DNA of 62,598 nt, counting the filler, from Dimargaris cristalligena (Eukaryota): the NCBI GenBank assembly GCA_003614675.1. It is 26 parts of 26 records of this genome, joined end to end, with 100 filler letters (N's around TTAATTAATTAA, not from the genome) between each part and the next. Parts side by side here need not be neighbours in the genome. Positions count along the whole stretch, not along the records: positions 57,929 to 60,213 come from ML004273.1; positions 60,314 to 62,598 come from ML004274.1; 24 more parts are not named here. One strand, given 5' to 3'. The notes beneath the pieces were generated by a model. That model saw nothing but the letters and a program-made list of their open reading frames with translations, did no database searches and was not told the DNA's origin. Made by a program: the position numbers and the translations under genes. This document shows positions 58,188 to 62,598 of the stretch, piece after piece. Every line of letters begins with the position of its first letter. Position 1 is the stretch's first letter.

Positions 58188-59363
58188 TTACTGCGAACCC
58201 AGGTGCTCCGCCTCAAACTCAGTCATGTAGTCCACCAAAGTCCGTACGGACTCAAGAGGCAGGGCGTTATATAGCGATACACGAATGCCACCCACCGAGC
58301 GATGCCCTTTGAGCTGGAGCATGCCAAGGGCCTGGGCGCCCTTGAGAAAGGTCTCCTCCAGGTCGGGCTGAGTCAGATTGATTACCACATTCATGCGAGA
58401 GCGGTAGGGCTCGGCCACGGGACAGAGATAGAGGCGGGAGCGGGCCAGAGCGGTGTTCAATAGAGCGCATTTAGCCCGGCTTTGCTCGGCCATGCCGGCT
58501 ACGCCACCCTGTTCCTGGATCCAGTCGTAGACGAGGCCGCACATGTAGATGGCAAAGGTCGGCGGGGTGTTGTATAAGGAGTTGTTCGCCTGGGCGACCT
58601 GATAGTCGAGCATAATGGGGAACGGAGTAAAGGTGCTGGGGTCGGCGTGGGCTAGGAGGTCGTTTCGGATAACGACGAACGTAACCCCGGCCGGACCCAT
58701 GTTCTTCTGGGCCCCGGCATAGACAATGCCAAATTTGGAGACGTCCACGGGACGGGACATGATATTAGACGACATGTCACAGACCAGGATGGTGTCGGGG
58801 TGAACCGTGGGCACGTGGTCCCACTCGACGCCATGCACGGTTTCATTGTCGCAGTAGTAGACATAGGCGGCGTCACGGCCGTCGGGGCCACTAAACTGCC
58901 ACTCGGAGCGCGGGGGAATGCCGGTGTAGGTGTGGTGAGTCGCGGCGGATTTGGCGGCGTCAAACACAATGTTGACGGAGGCACCTAGGTGGGCGGCTTC
59001 CTGGGCGGCTTTTTTGGACCAGGTGCCGGTGACGAGGTAATCAACGGGGATAGGCGAGGCGCCGGGTGGGAAGCGCTCGCGGATCACGCGGGCGGCCATG
59101 AGATTGTACCACACAGCGGCGAACTGAGTGGTTGCGCCACCCTGCAGAAAGAGGATGCTGTAGTTGTCTGGGATGGCGAGCAGGGCGCGGGCATTGGCCT
59201 CGGCCTGGCGAATGGTGCGGTCGAAGGGGGCTGAGCGATGCGACACCTCTAGAATGGACATGCCCGTGTCGGCAAAGTTGAGAAACTCGTGCTGGGCGCG
59301 GGCCAGAACGGAGGCGGGCAGCACGCTGGGGCCAGCGCCGAAGTTGTGGACGGATTGCGACAT
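58188..59363 (-). CDS. SER1: Phosphoserine aminotransferase (391 aa, intronless)
   Basis: HNFGAGPSVLP, EVSHRS, LQGGATTQF, NETVHGVE, DMSSN, AGAQKNMGPAG, YNTPP and GHRSVGGIRVSLYNA motifs. Confidence 0.97.
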   Translation of the reverse strand: MSQSVHNFGAGPSVLPASVLARAQHEFLNFADTGMSILEVSHRSAPFDRTIRQAEANARALLAIPDNYSILFLQGGATTQFAAVWYNLMAARVIRERFPPGASPIPVDYLVTGTWSKKAAQEAAHLGASVNIVFDAAKSAATHHTYTGIPPRSEWQFSGPDGRDAAYVYYCDNETVHGVEWDHVPTVHPDTILVCDMSSNIMSRPVDVSKFGIVYAGAQKNMGPAGVTFVVIRNDLLAHADPSTFTPFPIMLDYQVAQANNSLYNTPPTFAIYMCGLVYDWIQEQGGVAGMAEQSRAKCALLNTALARSRLYLCPVAEPYRSRMNVVINLTQPDLEETFLKGAQALGMLQLKGHRSVGGIRVSLYNALPLESVRTLVDYMTEFEAEHLGSQ

Positions 59364-60313
59364 GGGGGAATGGACGACGGGCCGACGTGAGGAAGAATAT
59401 GCAATGAGCAGTGGGAAAGAATAGAACGAGCAAGCGAGCGGGTGGTTGGTAGGGAGAAAGGGGGGGGGGGGGTTCCAGATATTACAGCGCTGGTTTCAAT
59501 TCAGGGGTTAGGGCTAGAGAGTCTACAAATGTGTGTCATTAATATTGGCAACCAGCTGTGCTCTATATTTGGTAATACCCTCTCTTCCCTTCACCTCTTA
59601 AGAACAGTAGTAGTGCACCCCCTTTTTTTTCTCGGTAGCCCAAACGGACCAATATTGGGGCTGGCTACATTTGGCCAGGGCCACTTTCGATGTTAGTAGT
59701 ATAGCCAATCGCTGCGGTTGTCCCCCCGGTACTACTTACTCTATTATAATCACTTTGGATATATAATACATAACCCCAGCGCTCCGCTGATGCGGTTCTA
59801 GCTAATTAACCAACTGGCCAACTAACCAACCAATAATTCAAATTAGTTGCACCTGATCAGCGCTGGCGGGCGGTGTAAGTGGTCAGCGACTCTGATTGGG
59901 ACTAAGGGCCGACTAACGCAAGTCACACGGTACATTAGTGTTGACGAAGGGAGTTTCCTCGGGCTCAAGGAATGTCAACGACGGCGCAGACGGAGCCATG
60001 TGAAAACCACCCAGATAGGGCAATCCCCGCTAATAATAATGGGCAGAGTGAGGGCCGCACATGAAAGAAGCGCACCCAACCTTGGCTGTATGCGCTTATC
60101 CTCTGGCACATATACCCCGCCCAGTCCCGAAACCCTCGGCCTTATATATGGAACTGCCCGGCCACATTGCTTACTTATTCCCTGTTCCCTCCCCCTTTGC
60201 TCCATAACTCCCCNNNNNNNNNNNNNNNNNNNNNNNNNNNNNNNNNNNNNNNNNNNNTTAATTAATTAANNNNNNNNNNNNNNNNNNNNNNNNNNNNNNN
60301 NNNNNNNNNNNNN

Positions 60314-62247
60314 GAGGAGGAGGAGGAGAGTGAGGAGGGCGAGGAGGGCGATGCATGGTTGCGCGTGCAATGGAGTAAGGCACGCCAGCGAGGCGCCTCC
60401 TTCTCGACCATCCTACTCGAGGATATGGCCGGACACATTAAGCGCAAGTTCAGCTTCGCCCGCTCCACCATGACTGAACTGGAGATGAGCCCGTTGGATC
60501 ATGCCACACAAGAGGGCGAGGAGCATCCACTCGTTGTGGTGTTGCAGGTATGTGCACAACTAGCATCAGTCAATCAATGATGGCTAGACATATGAATGAT
60601 GATGATGGGCATGATTAGGCATTGCCTACACTTCTCGTGGCCGTGGTGGGACTTGTACTGGCTGGCTGGCTACTCGATGTGGTGCAGGCAGGTAGAGAGC
60701 GATCGAATGAGCGTGGCATCATGCGTTACTGATAGAGGGGGGGGGCATGCATTAGCACTGGACAGTATTCACAAATATCACACAACTATTTATTATGGTG
60801 CCCGTACTGCTGGGGCTCAAGGGAAATCTCGAGATGAACTTGGCCTCGCGTATGTCGACAGCGGTAAGCATCAACTACCACCGCATGCTTTTGGTGGGCA
60901 TGCATAACAAGTGACATGACTATGCTCGATATAGGCGAACCTCGGCGATCTCGACGTGCCCCGATCGCAGCGTCTCCTTGTGTGGGGCAATCTAGCCTTG
61001 CTGCAACTACAAGCACTTAGCGTGTCCTGCTTAGCCGGCCTACTCTCGGTCATCATGGGCCTCGTGACATCGGGCAATGGCCATGCCTTCTCCTATCATC
61101 GTAGTATGCTTGTCATTACATCGGCGATGATATGTGCGGCATTGAGCAGTGCACTACTCGGTCTATGCATGTGTGTGCTATGCATTGTTTGTCGACGACG
61201 CGGCATCAATCCAGATAATGTGGCCACACCCATTGCCGCTAGCTTTGGCGATCTCATTACACTCGCGGTACTTGCCATCACGAGCCATCTACTCTATCCC
61301 ATGCAAGGTACGCTCGTCTTAGTAGTAGTAGTAGTAGTGATTATTTGTCTTTGGCTAAGAAACTATCTGCGCGCCCGCCAAAAGATACGCCACTGCCGAC
61401 CGTGCTCTTTGTGATTATGGTGTGCTCGCTGCCAGCATGGTTCTGGCTGATCCGCAAGAATGAACTCGTGCGCGACACCATGCTCGATGGCTGGGTGCCC
61501 ATCCTACTGGCCATGGCGATATCAAGGTAGGATGCAATACATTATAATGGTTGTTTAGTAATGGCTAAGCGATGCATGCATAGTCTGGCGGGTCTGGTGC
61601 TCGAGCGCTACATCGACCGATATGCAGGCATGGCCGTGCTCGTGCCCGTACTCAATGGTAAGCATCGTGCGAAGCAGCCATCCTACGTGCCACCAATCAT
61701 GCCTGCCTGCCTACTTGTGATGATGATCAGGCGTCTCGGGCAATCTTTGCTGTGTGTTTGCCTCGCGTATCTCGACCGCCCTACACGCTCGACGATCCGA
61801 GAACTACTGGACGATAGGCATCGTGCTATGGCTGCTTAACCTGCCTGTGCAATGGCCATTCCTCGGCGTCGTCTATGCCTTCCGTCTAGGCCATGGCAGT
61901 GTGACAGTGGGCATGTTCCTGCTCTACACGCTCGCCTCGATGCTACTCGTAAGTTGCAGGTGCGTCGGCATGCTTCTCTAGCTAACGATCACCTATGGGC
62001 AGGTGGCCGCCCTCCTAGTGGCGTCGCATTGGATTGTACTCGCACTCTGGCGTCGAAGTCTCGATCCCGATAATTACGCGCTGCCCTACATGTAAGCAGC
62101 AAGCAAGCATACGCACTTGTCTAAGCGATACTGATGGTCCTATGCTTATGGTCGACTAGCACGGCCATTGGCGATGTGGCAGGCACCAGCCTACTTGTAC
62201 TCGTATTCTTTATTCTCTATGGTAGCAGCACCTCCACCGCCACCTAA
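60314..62247 (+). CDS. SLC41A/MgtE-type magnesium transporter; 5' truncated; exons 60314-60547, 60619-60687, 60756-60863, 60935-61307, 61385-61526, 61584-61657, 61731-61948, 62003-62091, 62160-62247
   Basis: Spliced translation gives [48 protein letters not shown]...ASRISTALH and [16 protein letters not shown]; exon phases are consistent. Confidence 0.9.
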
Positions 62248-62598
62248 TGATAGCGGTGATGGGATTGTCGCGTGCCATGCCATTGCGTCAAAAGGGGAGC
62301 ACATGATCGTATAGAGAGAATGCCACGTCAGCACGATCCTCCCTAATAAGCTAGGCATTCATTGTGGACAATGGATATTGGTAATAAACACGTCCAATGA
62401 CGCGCGCATTACGATGTAGCATGTACTGGCTATATATACATTCTATATATATACACATCTAGTCACATGTCGTGCGTAGTAGAAACGCGTGTGTGCTCTC
62501 GCTTGCTGCATGGACAGGTATACACATGGCAAATGGCATGCTGATCCGCACAGCAATGTGCTCGACGCAAATGATCCAATCATGCAAGTAGGCTCTTT

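Overview
This window is not one locus. It is 26 short contigs (about 2.2-2.35 kb each, roughly size-sorted) joined by artificial N44-TTAATTAATTAA-N44 spacers, so no synteny can be read across a spacer. Most contigs come from an intron-poor, repeat-rich fungus, inferred to be early-diverging (Zoopagomycota/Dimargaris-like; not proven). Intact genes or gene parts are SER1, TRP2, ARL2, an LMBRD1-like transporter, PFA4 exon 1, a 7TM-RGS-like receptor, a PDK last exon, an MFS fragment, a 38-aa tandem-repeat protein and two small secreted proteins. There are also decayed copies of SKI3 and VPS15, Ty3/gypsy and Ty1/copia relics, at least six dispersed repeat families and one contig bracketed by a 595-bp inverted repeat. 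Three contigs look foreign: an AT-rich, gene-dense giant-virus-like contig (14705-17046: F-box/XPA-like, recombinase N-domain-like and LRR-IQ proteins), a GC-rich bacterial conjugation fragment (36528-38827: VirB4/TrbE plus TrbJ) and an intron-rich SLC41/MgtE gene probably from a second eukaryote (60314-62598). The two strongest leads are (i) a repeat-restricted CpG and CpA to TpG/TpA hypermutation pattern resembling RIP, apparently outside Dikarya, and (ii) the giant-virus-like contig. All family assignments are from motif recognition by eye; no searches were run.
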